From contig JALTLO010000017.1 of NCBI GenBank assembly GCA_027001995.1, positions 23,012 to 87,011 of the forward strand: 64,000 nt of DNA. The letters are read 5' to 3'. Source of the stretch: Planctomycetota bacterium (GTDB lineage Bacteria; Planctomycetota; GCA-002687715; DRQF01). Shown in pieces: positions 20,151-29,963 of this stretch. The notes below the pieces were generated by a model. That model worked only from the letters and a program-made list of their open reading frames with translations. It did not search any database and had not been told where the DNA came from. Positions within the stretch are counted from its first letter, which is position 1. Each line of letters begins with the position of its first letter. Position numbers and translations under genes: made by a program.

Positions 20151-22298
20151 TCAGTCAAACAAACCACGATAGCGATCCAAGAAAGAGCGAATAACCCCCA
20201 TGGGGCTGGCTTCATGAACGCGCATGATGACATCACCTGCATCATTGATGTCTGTCACCGGTTGAACCCAGAGATTGCGGGGTTTCCTCTTTGACAGGAC
20301 ATAGGCCCGAATATCCAAGAAGCGTTGATTTACCCCGGTGAGATCAGCATAGAGGGCCCGGCCCGCTTTGTCGTCGCCCGTTGCTTTGTAAACGTTCAAT
20401 TGAGTCAAGAATCGCGCCACGGCTTTGGCGCCGACAGTTTCGATCTTTTCTCGATCGAGATGGATGCGCCAATCTCCTTTGTCATCTTGCTTGATTTCAA
20501 TGAAACCGCCACCAGCACGAAGCATGATTTGCAAGATCGCAAAACGAGCCTGCATGTGAGCTTGTCCCCATTTCTTCTTGGCCGGATCAAAGAATGTCAA
20601 AGCGGCAATGCCAGACCGAGCCATGCTCAGCCAATTGATGTAAGCAATGTCTTTGGCTTCTTGCCCTTCGTAACCAAAGATCTTTAGGACGTCATCGTTG
20701 GTACAAAGATGAAGACCAACAGTTTCTGCCCGGCATTCTTCATAGGAGGAGGCGATGGTGGTGAACTTAGAACCCCAAGTTTCACCGGGTTTGTACCAGG
20801 AGGTCACGGGCTTGTTGTCGATGGTGCTCACGACCGACTCGGGGTCAAAATTGAAAGTCCCATCCTTTTCTTCTCGAAGAAGACGCCCTGACCCATGCCC
20901 CAGCAATTCATGCAATCCCACCTGAACTTCGAAGGAATGTCCAGCGAGATGGCGATATAATTCTTGATCATGCTCGCTGATAAAACTGATTGGCCCTTTG
21001 CCACCACCACGGCCACTGGCCACATTGCCTAATGACACATTCTTGAATCCAAAATTCTGGCGGATCTCATTGTAGTTAGGGATGTTAATCCCCAAGGGAA
21101 TGCCGCTGCTGGCAAAGCAAATGACTTCCAGAGAAGTGAAATCTGGTTTGCGAAAGGTCTTTTTCTCAAAGTTCTTCCCCCAAGGAAGAAGAGGGATAAG
21201 GCTTGGGGCGGCGTTCACCAAGGCGGCGAATTTCTTGGTTTGCTCCTTATTAACCACGGCAACCAATCCTTCCCATTCTGCTCGTACAGATTGAGGATCC
21301 CGATAGGTCTCAATGAATCCCAAATTCGTTTCGACAACAGGACCTGTATCCAAAATCCACTGCCGTTGGGACTCTTTATGATCATCAATATCACCACCAT
21401 TGAAGTGATCGATGTAGGCCAAGATCATCCGCCGCTGATGATCATTTGCAGCATGAGGCAAAGCCTTCTTGAAGCAATCCACGACTATTTTCAAAATGGA
21501 CGCATAGTCGCCGTATTCAAGGGTGTAAGAACGGCCACGAAATTCAAGAGTTTGGCTGGGCTGCTCAAGAGCCGATGCGATCTGAATGTGCAAACCACCA
21601 GCTTCGTCTTTGGTCAACCTCGTATTCCAGGCCTCGAAGCCCTTTCCCTTCATGAATGCTGCGCAGTCGTCAATGTCCTTCTGATTGATGTTATCGGAGT
21701 AGTAGGCCGAAACGCCATCAGCCCCAATACCAAGGGACAAGACATCATCATCCAAAGAGTAGATGGGATCCGCCAACATCGACCAAAGTTCAATGAGGCG
21801 ATCCTGCTTCGCTTCTCCTGCTCCCGCGATAGCGAAAACGGCCTTGGCAAACTTCTCCCGACTCAAACGAGGGATGAACTTCGTGTCGCCGAAACTCAGA
21901 TAATTACCACAATTTGCCAACACGCGGGCACCATAAGTGGCCAGGTCACTCAGATCTTCCTCACTGAGACCTGCCCTGGTCGTTGCAGCTCTGAAGTCCA
22001 CCTCACTTCCTTGGTAGAGGCGCATAAAAAGCTCGAGGATGAGGGGGCTTTCCGGCGACAACTGCTCAAAAGTGATGAGGGCTCCCCACCAACTCGCCTG
22101 GCTCATCCAATGGGCATAAAGCTTTTCTTTCGCCGTAAGGCCATCAAAGGCAGCTTGAGCATCCAATACAGTCACTGGAACATTTTGAGCGGTGGTATGG
22201 AGTTCGGCTTTGGTTTGGGCTTCGATATGGGAACAAAGCCCAACAAGAATGACGCAAATAGCGGCCCAACCCCAAATCGGAACAAATTTACGAGACAT
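20151..22298 (-). CDS. Dipeptidyl peptidase III (family M49), secreted, eukaryote-like
   Basis: Zinc motifs HELLGH (20895-20912) and EECRAE, plus GNYLSFGDTKF, GFIETYRDP, PDFTSLEV, GINIPNY, QAHMQAR. N-terminal signal peptide. GGGGAG RBS before ATG 22298. Confidence 0.95.
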   Translation of the reverse strand: MSRKFVPIWGWAAICVILVGLCSHIEAQTKAELHTTAQNVPVTVLDAQAAFDGLTAKEKLYAHWMSQASWWGALITFEQLSPESPLILELFMRLYQGSEVDFRAATTRAGLSEEDLSDLATYGARVLANCGNYLSFGDTKFIPRLSREKFAKAVFAIAGAGEAKQDRLIELWSMLADPIYSLDDDVLSLGIGADGVSAYYSDNINQKDIDDCAAFMKGKGFEAWNTRLTKDEAGGLHIQIASALEQPSQTLEFRGRSYTLEYGDYASILKIVVDCFKKALPHAANDHQRRMILAYIDHFNGGDIDDHKESQRQWILDTGPVVETNLGFIETYRDPQSVRAEWEGLVAVVNKEQTKKFAALVNAAPSLIPLLPWGKNFEKKTFRKPDFTSLEVICFASSGIPLGINIPNYNEIRQNFGFKNVSLGNVASGRGGGKGPISFISEHDQELYRHLAGHSFEVQVGLHELLGHGSGRLLREEKDGTFNFDPESVVSTIDNKPVTSWYKPGETWGSKFTTIASSYEECRAETVGLHLCTNDDVLKIFGYEGQEAKDIAYINWLSMARSGIAALTFFDPAKKKWGQAHMQARFAILQIMLRAGGGFIEIKQDDKGDWRIHLDREKIETVGAKAVARFLTQLNVYKATGDDKAGRALYADLTGVNQRFLDIRAYVLSKRKPRNLWVQPVTDINDAGDVIMRVHEASPMGVIRSFLDRYRGLFD

Positions 22299-22507
22299 GA
22301 ATCTCTCTCCCCTGTCGAAAACAATATCTGAACCAAGGCCAAAAAACCTCAATGGCCACCATAGAGTTGGTCATGGCGGTCAAGATTAACCTGCCAATCG
22401 GATTTGATCGAGCCCCAGCACTTGAGCCTTCCTAAGTTTCCTCTACCATGTGTGAATACTGTCTGGCAGCCATCCAATTGTGCTGCCATCGGCCCAAAGG
22501 AGTTGGA

Positions 22508-23062
22508 ATGTCGAAGAAGCTGAAAATTATCTTGGGTCTGATAGCCGCTGGGATTCTCAGCTTCGTCATCTACGTGGCATTCTTGCCCAATGAAATCTTG
22601 ATCCGGGAAGATATTCGTATCAACGGCAATCAGGAAGAAGTCTATGCTTTCTTGGCTGACGTTCGCAATTGGCCCACCCTCCACCTGGAGCGACCCAATG
22701 CCAAGAGCGAATTCTCCAAGAAAACGACCGGTGCTGGTGCTTGGTGGAGCCAACAACTGCCAAATCGCAAGCGAACAATGAAGATCGTTTCTGCCAACAT
22801 CAAGAATGGCATCAAGTTCGAAATCGATTATGGAGGCTCAAAACCATTAGAATGCCACATGGTGATCAAGAAGCACCTCAACAAAGGCCTCATTTTCGTC
22901 CGGAGTGCCCAAGGAAAAGTTTCCTTTTTTGAGAGACTTCAAAGACATGGGATTCAAAAAGCCATGCGCTCGGAAATCTACATCAGCAACCGCATGCTGG
23001 CCAAGAAATTCGGTACCTACGAAACTGAAAATCAAAAACAGGAAACAAAGAAGGGCTCTTAA
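22508..23062 (+). CDS. SRPBCC/START-like family protein with N-terminal membrane anchor
   Basis: TM helix followed by LPNEILIREDIRING...EVYAFLADVRNWP and GAGAWWS, typical of SRPBCC proteins. Confidence 0.7.
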   Translation: MSKKLKIILGLIAAGILSFVIYVAFLPNEILIREDIRINGNQEEVYAFLADVRNWPTLHLERPNAKSEFSKKTTGAGAWWSQQLPNRKRTMKIVSANIKNGIKFEIDYGGSKPLECHMVIKKHLNKGLIFVRSAQGKVSFFERLQRHGIQKAMRSEIYISNRMLAKKFGTYETENQKQETKKGS

Positions 23063-23094
23063 CCCTCCCCAACCGCGAGACACAGGCCGAACAT

Positions 23095-23868
23095 TCAGGG
23101 CTTTCGCCCCATCTTGCGGTCGAACCTGCGGCTGAGGGCACGCCAAAGCTCCTTCTCTCTCCCTTTGCCTGCCAAATATGAACGCAAAAATAACAGACGT
23201 TCACTCCTCGATACCCAGGGAGTCCGTCGATTCAAAGCATCCAAATCGAATAATCTTGCCCTCCCCCGGCAAAATGCCTGTCTCATTTTCTCCAGATCGA
23301 TCAAAGAAATAGGATTCTCAGGAGAAGACAAACGACAGAACAAGTGCTTGGGATACAAGGAGCCATGGCGGTATCCAGCAGAATGAATCGACTTCACCAC
23401 CGTGGCGGCGTTACGAATTGTTTCCCGACGACTTTGAGAACCAATCCCTCCAGGCCCCCACCACTGATCCTCCAGATCTGACAGGGGGATTTGCCCCGAC
23501 AAATCTTGAGTCACCAAAACAGCCCGCCAGCCATCCTCACCCTTCTCTTCAGCGAAATAGACAACCTTAGGCACAGAGAATCCCAAATTGGCAAGAGCTT
23601 GGAGGTTGTCAAATTCGCGGGAGGCTGTTGGCCGCCGTAGGAAAGGCAATACAGCCCGAGTCAGATGGTCTCTTTGTCGCTTCACGAAAACCTTGACTTC
23701 TGACCCTTCCGGTGATTTCAGTTCGGTGGCTATAACCCCACTCACGCCACCACGATCCTCGTTGGGCGATTCCACCAGATCCCCTTCCAATCGCCAAAAT
23801 TGATCAAAATGAAGGATCCCCTGCCCCCTCAAGGCTTCTTGCCAACCATCCTGAAACCACTGTGCCAT
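23095..23868 (-). CDS. Lipopolysaccharide kinase-like protein (InaA/Kdo/WaaP family)
   Basis: VESPNEDRGGVSGV, FVKRQ, PTASREF, HGSLYPKHLF, LIDLEK. Confidence 0.85.
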   Translation of the reverse strand: MAQWFQDGWQEALRGQGILHFDQFWRLEGDLVESPNEDRGGVSGVIATELKSPEGSEVKVFVKRQRDHLTRAVLPFLRRPTASREFDNLQALANLGFSVPKVVYFAEEKGEDGWRAVLVTQDLSGQIPLSDLEDQWWGPGGIGSQSRRETIRNAATVVKSIHSAGYRHGSLYPKHLFCRLSSPENPISLIDLEKMRQAFCRGRARLFDLDALNRRTPWVSRSERLLFLRSYLAGKGREKELWRALSRRFDRKMGRKP

Positions 23869-23977
23869 GAAAATTCGATCACTTTTTAGGTTTGAGCTGT
23901 CAAATCTGCCCTTTGCTGGCTTTTCAAAGGAGCACGATCCGTTAATCTACCCCCACTTCTACATGGAAAGAAACCCT

Positions 23978-24568
23978 ATGGAAACATCACACTCAGATTA
24001 CCATCGCAGAAACGATAGCAACGTCTTGGGAGTCGTTGGCTTCGTTTTGTCCTTCACTTGCATTTTGGCCTTTGTCGGGCTGCCTATGTCTCTCTTCGCT
24101 TTGAGGAAAAGGCCGAGAGGCTTTGCCATTGCCGGAACAATTTTCGGCCTCATTTGGGTAGGAATTCAGGTCACCGCCTTTGTCATGGCCAGCATCTTCG
24201 CAAAAGAACACAACTACGAAACGGCGAAAAACTTCTGGGTCATGCTCATGGACTCCACCGCCATTTCCCAAGAGGCGACCAACTACAAACTCAAAAATGG
24301 CGAATTCCCTGAGACAATCAACCAGTTGACTCTTGCCGAGAAAACGAAGACTGATCCTTGGGGCACGCCCTATCGCCTCACTTTGATCACCGATCGCCAA
24401 GGCAACCTACGCATGACGGCTCGCAGCGCGGGAATCGACAAAGTCTGGGACACAGAAGACGACCTCACCCCCCTTATGGATGCTGAGAATGACCAAGCGA
24501 CTCCGAAAAACCAAACTAAGAAACCAGCAGTAAAAGAAACTCCGAAGAAACCTAACAAAGACAAATAA
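23978..24568 (+). CDS. Membrane protein: DUF4190-like TM segment fused to a GspG (T2SS pseudopilin) C-terminal-like domain
   Basis: NVLGVVGFVLS...GFAIAGTIFG TM region, then YKLKNGEFP...DPWGTPY...RSAGIDKVWDTEDD. Confidence 0.65.
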   Translation: METSHSDYHRRNDSNVLGVVGFVLSFTCILAFVGLPMSLFALRKRPRGFAIAGTIFGLIWVGIQVTAFVMASIFAKEHNYETAKNFWVMLMDSTAISQEATNYKLKNGEFPETINQLTLAEKTKTDPWGTPYRLTLITDRQGNLRMTARSAGIDKVWDTEDDLTPLMDAENDQATPKNQTKKPAVKETPKKPNKDK

Positions 24569-24609
24569 CTGACTTCCCGAAGTCACGACACCCATTTGAG
24601 GAAATCCCC

Positions 24610-26685
24610 ATGAGTCGCACGCGATCCTATCTCCTGCTTCTGATTCTCATCATATCGACCCCCAGTCTTGCCAACGGCCAAGACAATTTTGAACTGGGAA
24701 AAATGTGGACCTTCGAGAACGCTCCTCGAGCGTACTTCCTGAAAGAACACGGACTGAACCTGACTGACGAATGGCTCGATTCCGTTCGATTGTCCTATCT
24801 CAAGTTTGGCGGGGGCTGCTCATCTTCCTTCGTTTCTCCCCGCGGCCTCATCATGACCAACCATCATTGCTCTCGAGGTTTCATCGCTACCGCCTCTCCC
24901 GCAGGAAGCGATTGGGTCAAGAACGGCTACATAGCCAAGACCATCAACGATGAAGTTCCCTTGGCGGGTCTCGTCTGTCGGCAACAAGTGGGCATGCACG
25001 ACATCACCCAGATGATGAACAAAGGAATCAAAGCAACAGATGATGACAAGACGGTGGCGGAAAAACGCGACGCCAACAAGAAGGCCATTCTAGCTGATGC
25101 CCAGAAAAAGCACCCGGAGTTAGAGCCAGAGGTGGTCGCCCTCTATCAAGGTGGCATGTATCAACTCTACCTCTATCGCAGCTTCTCTGACATCCGATTG
25201 GTCGCAGCACCGCATTTGCAAACAGCCCATTTCGGCGGCGACCCAGACAACTTCACTTATCCTCGTTTCGGCATCGACTTCACGTTCGTCCGTGCTTACG
25301 TTGATGGCAAACCCTTTGACAGCAGCGCCCACTATTTCCACTTCAACCCCCAAGGTGCAGTGGAAGGCGAATCCGTCTTCGTTCCTGGAAACCCTGGTTC
25401 CACCAACAGACTGATGACCAAAGCAGAATTGGAATATTGGCGGGACGTTCGTGCCCCCGTAATCCGCGACATCATCCGTATGCGTGGTGCCTATTTAGAG
25501 GCTCGAATCGCCGAAAACCCAAGCTTAGAACCTTCTCTGCGTCCCCAAGTCTTGAGCAATGACAAAGGCAAAAAGGCCTGGGCAGGCTACCACAATGCCC
25601 TTCTCTCTGACGACTTCATGGCTTACAAGTCAAAAGCCGAAGAGATGTTCAAGAGCAAAATCCAGAAGGACCCAGCCCTCAAGAAAAAGTATGGCAAGAC
25701 ATGGGACAGGATCGCTGATATCGCTCGAGGACAGCGAAAAATGTTGGCGCTCAATCGAGCCCACAACACCCTGCGAAATCCCTTATTATCTCGAGCATTG
25801 AATTTGGTCCGCGTCAACGACCCCAGTCTTTCAGCAAAGGAAAAAGGGGCAGCCAGGAAAGCTCTAACCGGAAGGGGCGGCCTGAAAGACATAGCTCTCG
25901 CCAAAGGAGCAGACCTGATTAACCTAGGTTTATGGTTGGATCATGGCCGTACCTGGGCGCCGAAAAATGATGCTTTCATCGCCGCCATCTACCCAGAATT
26001 ATCCCCTACAGAGGCCGTTGCCCAGTTGCACGCCAATTCTCCGTGTGCCGCCGGAAATACCGCCAAGGAATTAATGGAAGCTGGAATGGATGTTCTCAAG
26101 GGCAGCAAAGATGCAGCCATCCAAGCAGCTCTCATCCTCCATAAGATGACTCAAGCTGAAAAAGGCAAAATGCAAGAGTTGGGAACAAAGCTCAAAGTTC
26201 AGAAGACCAAAATTGGACAAGCTCTCTTTGCTGTGTACGGCACATCCGTGAGTCCAGATGCCACCGGTACTTTGCGAATCTCTGATGGCAAAGTAAAAGG
26301 TTTCCCAATGAACGGTACCATTGCCCCATGGAGAACAACTTTCTATGGCCTCTACGGAAGAGCCACCGCCTTCGACAATCAATACCCTTTTGATCTGCCC
26401 CAGGTTTGGTTGGACAAGCGCGACAAGATCGATCTCGCGAAACCAGTGAACTTCGTCGCCACCAACGACATCATCGGTGGCAATTCCGGAAGCGCTGTTA
26501 TCAATGCGAAAAGAGAAGTTGTGGGCCTCATTTTCGATGGCAACATCGAAATGTTGGGAAATAACTTTGTTTATCGCAGTGACATCCCCCGGAGTGTCTC
26601 CGTTCATACCGCGGCAATCCTGGAAGCTCTCCAGAGAATCTACAATGCCGATCGGGTTGTTTCTGAGCTTCTTAGCTGGATGTAG
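24610..26685 (+). CDS. Family S46 dipeptidyl peptidase (DPP7-like), secreted
   Basis: Signal peptide, GKMWTF, GGCSSSFVS, TNHHC (His), FGGDPDNFTYPR, PDATGTLR, DIIGGNSGS (Ser), GLIFDGN. Confidence 0.93.
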   Translation: MSRTRSYLLLLILIISTPSLANGQDNFELGKMWTFENAPRAYFLKEHGLNLTDEWLDSVRLSYLKFGGGCSSSFVSPRGLIMTNHHCSRGFIATASPAGSDWVKNGYIAKTINDEVPLAGLVCRQQVGMHDITQMMNKGIKATDDDKTVAEKRDANKKAILADAQKKHPELEPEVVALYQGGMYQLYLYRSFSDIRLVAAPHLQTAHFGGDPDNFTYPRFGIDFTFVRAYVDGKPFDSSAHYFHFNPQGAVEGESVFVPGNPGSTNRLMTKAELEYWRDVRAPVIRDIIRMRGAYLEARIAENPSLEPSLRPQVLSNDKGKKAWAGYHNALLSDDFMAYKSKAEEMFKSKIQKDPALKKKYGKTWDRIADIARGQRKMLALNRAHNTLRNPLLSRALNLVRVNDPSLSAKEKGAARKALTGRGGLKDIALAKGADLINLGLWLDHGRTWAPKNDAFIAAIYPELSPTEAVAQLHANSPCAAGNTAKELMEAGMDVLKGSKDAAIQAALILHKMTQAEKGKMQELGTKLKVQKTKIGQALFAVYGTSVSPDATGTLRISDGKVKGFPMNGTIAPWRTTFYGLYGRATAFDNQYPFDLPQVWLDKRDKIDLAKPVNFVATNDIIGGNSGSAVINAKREVVGLIFDGNIEMLGNNFVYRSDIPRSVSVHTAAILEALQRIYNADRVVSELLSWM

Positions 26686-26716
26686 TAAGTAGAGTTCGAG
26701 TTTAGAAGGAACAGAG

Positions 26717-28762
26717 ATGAAAACGTCACTCTTGCTTTGGGCATTTGTCTTCAGTGGCTTCCTTTGGAGCCAGTCACCCCAAGATGGGCTCACCCCATTC
26801 GACGTCGCCACTTTGCGAACGGTCTATCAGGTCATCCCGGCGCCTGATGGCAAGAGCGCCGTTTTCACTCGTTCCGAGCCCAGACTCGCCGGCGACCCCG
26901 CTGGCAGCAATTATGTTCATTTGTTTCAGGTTGGACTCTCCGGCGAATTCCGCCCTGAACTTTTGATCGGCGGCAAAACCCAAGTCCATGGAGTGAGCTT
27001 CTCTCCGGACGGCCAATGGATCACCCATCTTGATCGCCAAAAAAAAGATAAGTACCAGCAGATTTATCGCATCAAGGCCCAAGGAGGAAAAAGCGAACGG
27101 CTGACAAACGCGCCTTTTGGTGTCGCCTCATACAAATGGCGAGAAGATGGCAAAGCCATCGCTTTCACTGCGCGCTTACCCAAACCCCAGCACCGCATAG
27201 ACGCCAGAAAATCCGGATTCAAACCTATCTTTGTTGACGAAGGTTTATCATCGATGGCACTTTTCCTTTGCGACGAGAAAGGTCGCAACGTCAGAAGACT
27301 GACCACGAAGAATAGCGTCGTTGACTTCGTCTGGTCTCGGGACGGCAAGAAGATCGCGTTTTCTGCAGCCCCAACAAGCTCTATCGATGACCGTTACGTT
27401 GGCTGCAAACTCTACCAGCTCGATCTGGCCTCAAGTGCCGTCAAATTAGCAGCTGACAATCCAGGCAAACTCGGCAATTTCGCCATTTCCCCAGACAACA
27501 AGAAATTGTGTTGGATCGGCGCCGTGGACAAGCGAGATCCCCATGCTGGCATGTTGCACATCACCGATCTAAACAACCAGAAAACATCGCTGGTCACTCA
27601 GAAATTCTCCGGCATGGTGCATCAGATCATCTGGCGGGACAATAAGAACCTTGTTGTCGTTGCCAGTTATGGTGCGCGTACTTATGTGGGTGCACTCGAT
27701 CTTTCCAACGGTCAAATCACACCTCTGGGGGGGGGCAAGGGGCTGGCCTTCAAGCACATTGCCCTTGTGCCAGGAGATCCAAACAGCCTAGTGACAGCCG
27801 CATCCCACGCCCGTTTCCCCGCAGAGGCTCATCGCTTTGTTATTGGGGGCCAACCCGTCCGCTTAAGCTACTCGAATGAGTGGTTGGATGATTACGCTTT
27901 GGGGAAGCAAGAAACTCTCACCTTTCCGGCACGGGATGGTTTGCCCATCGAAGGGCTCTTGATTTATCCCCTCAACTACGACAAGACCAAACGCTACCCC
28001 CTTGTGGTCGTTGCTCATGGGGGTCCAGAATCTCACTTTTCAGAAGGCTGGAATACCTCTTACTCATCGTGGGGCCAGATGTTGGCGGCACGGGGTTATT
28101 TCGCTTGGCTCCCTAACTACCGTTCCAGTACAGGATATGGCGTGGCCTTTGCTAAGAAAGACCACGGCGACCCCATGGGTGCGGAGTTCAACGACCATTT
28201 GGATGCAATTCAGTTCTTCGCCAAGAAGGGTCTCATTGACATCAAGCGAGTCGGTATCGGAGGGGGTTCCTATGGCGGCTACACAGCGGCATGGGCGGCA
28301 ACAAAGCAGAGCAAACATTTCGCCGCGGCAGTGAGCTTTGTCCCCTTCACCCACATCAGAAGCAAATGGTACACAACGGACATTCCCAAGGAATTCTTCC
28401 ATGTTCACTACGAGGAAAAACACCCCCACGAACAGAAAGCTTTCTTGGATTCCCGAAGTCCCTTGGAATTTGCCGAGTTGTGCACCACACCCCTTCTGCT
28501 CTTGGGTGGCGACAAAGACCCCCGGGTCCATCCTTCCCAACCCTTCATGCTCTACCGAGCAGTAAAAATGGCCACGAAGACACCAACACGGCTCGTGCAA
28601 TACGCCAATGAGGGCCACGGAAATCGCATCAACACCAATCGCTACGACTATGCCGTCAGAACCTTGCGTTGGTTTGATCACTATCTGAAGAAAGGGAACC
28701 ACCGAACTGATCCCCTCCCTCCTCTCGATGTGGATTACTCGGGCTGGCGGGCTCAGAGGTAG
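26717..28762 (+). CDS. Family S9 peptidase (DPP5/acylaminoacyl-peptidase-like) with beta-propeller, secreted
   Basis: Signal peptide, repeats SPDG/WSRDG, HGGPE, NYRSSTGYG, GGSYGG (Ser), DPRV (Asp), EGHG (His). Confidence 0.93.
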   Translation: MKTSLLLWAFVFSGFLWSQSPQDGLTPFDVATLRTVYQVIPAPDGKSAVFTRSEPRLAGDPAGSNYVHLFQVGLSGEFRPELLIGGKTQVHGVSFSPDGQWITHLDRQKKDKYQQIYRIKAQGGKSERLTNAPFGVASYKWREDGKAIAFTARLPKPQHRIDARKSGFKPIFVDEGLSSMALFLCDEKGRNVRRLTTKNSVVDFVWSRDGKKIAFSAAPTSSIDDRYVGCKLYQLDLASSAVKLAADNPGKLGNFAISPDNKKLCWIGAVDKRDPHAGMLHITDLNNQKTSLVTQKFSGMVHQIIWRDNKNLVVVASYGARTYVGALDLSNGQITPLGGGKGLAFKHIALVPGDPNSLVTAASHARFPAEAHRFVIGGQPVRLSYSNEWLDDYALGKQETLTFPARDGLPIEGLLIYPLNYDKTKRYPLVVVAHGGPESHFSEGWNTSYSSWGQMLAARGYFAWLPNYRSSTGYGVAFAKKDHGDPMGAEFNDHLDAIQFFAKKGLIDIKRVGIGGGSYGGYTAAWAATKQSKHFAAAVSFVPFTHIRSKWYTTDIPKEFFHVHYEEKHPHEQKAFLDSRSPLEFAELCTTPLLLLGGDKDPRVHPSQPFMLYRAVKMATKTPTRLVQYANEGHGNRINTNRYDYAVRTLRWFDHYLKKGNHRTDPLPPLDVDYSGWRAQR

Positions 28763-28796
28763 TCATGAAACAGCTCAGGCATCCACAAACAGCCAC

Positions 28797-29831
28797 CTAC
28801 CAACCCATCATCGCAGCCCGAGCTTTTTCTTTGACACGGACACTCACATTCGGGTCATTCGCAAGGTTCTCTAATGCCCGTCTGGAGGCAGGGGTTTTGA
28901 CGTGGCCATAGTATTTGACGGCCGCGGCATTGATCCGCGCTCTCTCACTGTCGTTACCATTATCCGCAAATCGTGCAACAGCGGCGTCAATCAAAGGTTG
29001 GGATTCTGGATTCGTAAGAACGAAAAATGATTGGGTCAGTACGTCTGCATGTTTGCTGTTTTCGTCGTTGTAGTAGTCCAAAAGCTGTTGGACTCCATTC
29101 TTGTTTCCTTGGCGGGCCAGACCAAAAAGCGAATTCACTTTCACTCCTTCATCTTTAGTCTCAGCAACAAGCTTTTCTAAGGCTGCCCCCGCTTCTTTGT
29201 CATCCATGCGCATGAGGACTTGAGATGCCATGGCCTTCATGGTCTCATCCCCATTCTCCAATGCCATCTTCGTCAAAGGATCAATCGACTCCACTGAGGC
29301 CATTCCCTGGAGCATCAGGACGACGCCAAGCATCTGCTCATCTCCGTCTTCTGATGCCAATAAAGCTAAAACAGCCGCCTGACCTTGAGGCCCCTCTTGA
29401 AGAAGGTCCGCCACGAGTTTCCCGATTTCATTGTTCGAAATCAGTGCACCGATGCCCTTGCCCCGGAGTTTCTTGAACCGATCTTCGATGGCCGCCATCC
29501 TCTCCTTTTTCTTCAGATCTCCCGCATCCACCCTGGCAGTCATTTCAGCATTTTCTCCTTTGACTTTCTTGAGCTCGGCGAGCAAAGCACTATTCTCAGT
29601 CTTGGCAACACGAGCAGCGGAACGGGATTCTTGCGCATCGCCTTTGAGCGCCGCGATCGTTTTCTTGAGTCGACCAACGATTTCCATATGTTCCGCTTGG
29701 GTCATGCCGACCATTTGCTCCGAGTCCTGGGAGTCAATCCTGTCATCCGTTCCATCGGCGACAAGATTGTGGCCTCCCCAGCCGATGATGGCCCCGACGA
29801 CAAGAGTCAAAATTGGTAAGCTGGCTTTCAT
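28797..29831 (-). CDS. Membrane-anchored or secreted coiled-coil + HEAT-repeat protein
   Basis: N-terminal hydrophobic helix, coiled coil, HEAT-like repeats (VKVNSLFGLAR). GAGGAG RBS. Confidence 0.75.
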   Translation of the reverse strand: MKASLPILTLVVGAIIGWGGHNLVADGTDDRIDSQDSEQMVGMTQAEHMEIVGRLKKTIAALKGDAQESRSAARVAKTENSALLAELKKVKGENAEMTARVDAGDLKKKERMAAIEDRFKKLRGKGIGALISNNEIGKLVADLLQEGPQGQAAVLALLASEDGDEQMLGVVLMLQGMASVESIDPLTKMALENGDETMKAMASQVLMRMDDKEAGAALEKLVAETKDEGVKVNSLFGLARQGNKNGVQQLLDYYNDENSKHADVLTQSFFVLTNPESQPLIDAAVARFADNGNDSERARINAAAVKYYGHVKTPASRRALENLANDPNVSVRVKEKARAAMMGW

Positions 29832-29963
29832 GATATGGTTCTCCTCTTATGATGGATCGGCACTTGATTCGTTTTGCCAACTTCTTTGCTCTGCCATTGT
29901 CATTCCGGTGACAGAAGTCTGATATTTCTTGTACGAAGGCCGAATCTAAGATAATTACACCCA

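Noticed and set aside
21240..22331. 363-aa + strand ORF
   Set aside because: Antisense shadow of the DPP III gene with no protein-like features.
26071..26811. 246-aa - strand ORF
   Set aside because: Antisense to the S46 and S9 peptidase genes.
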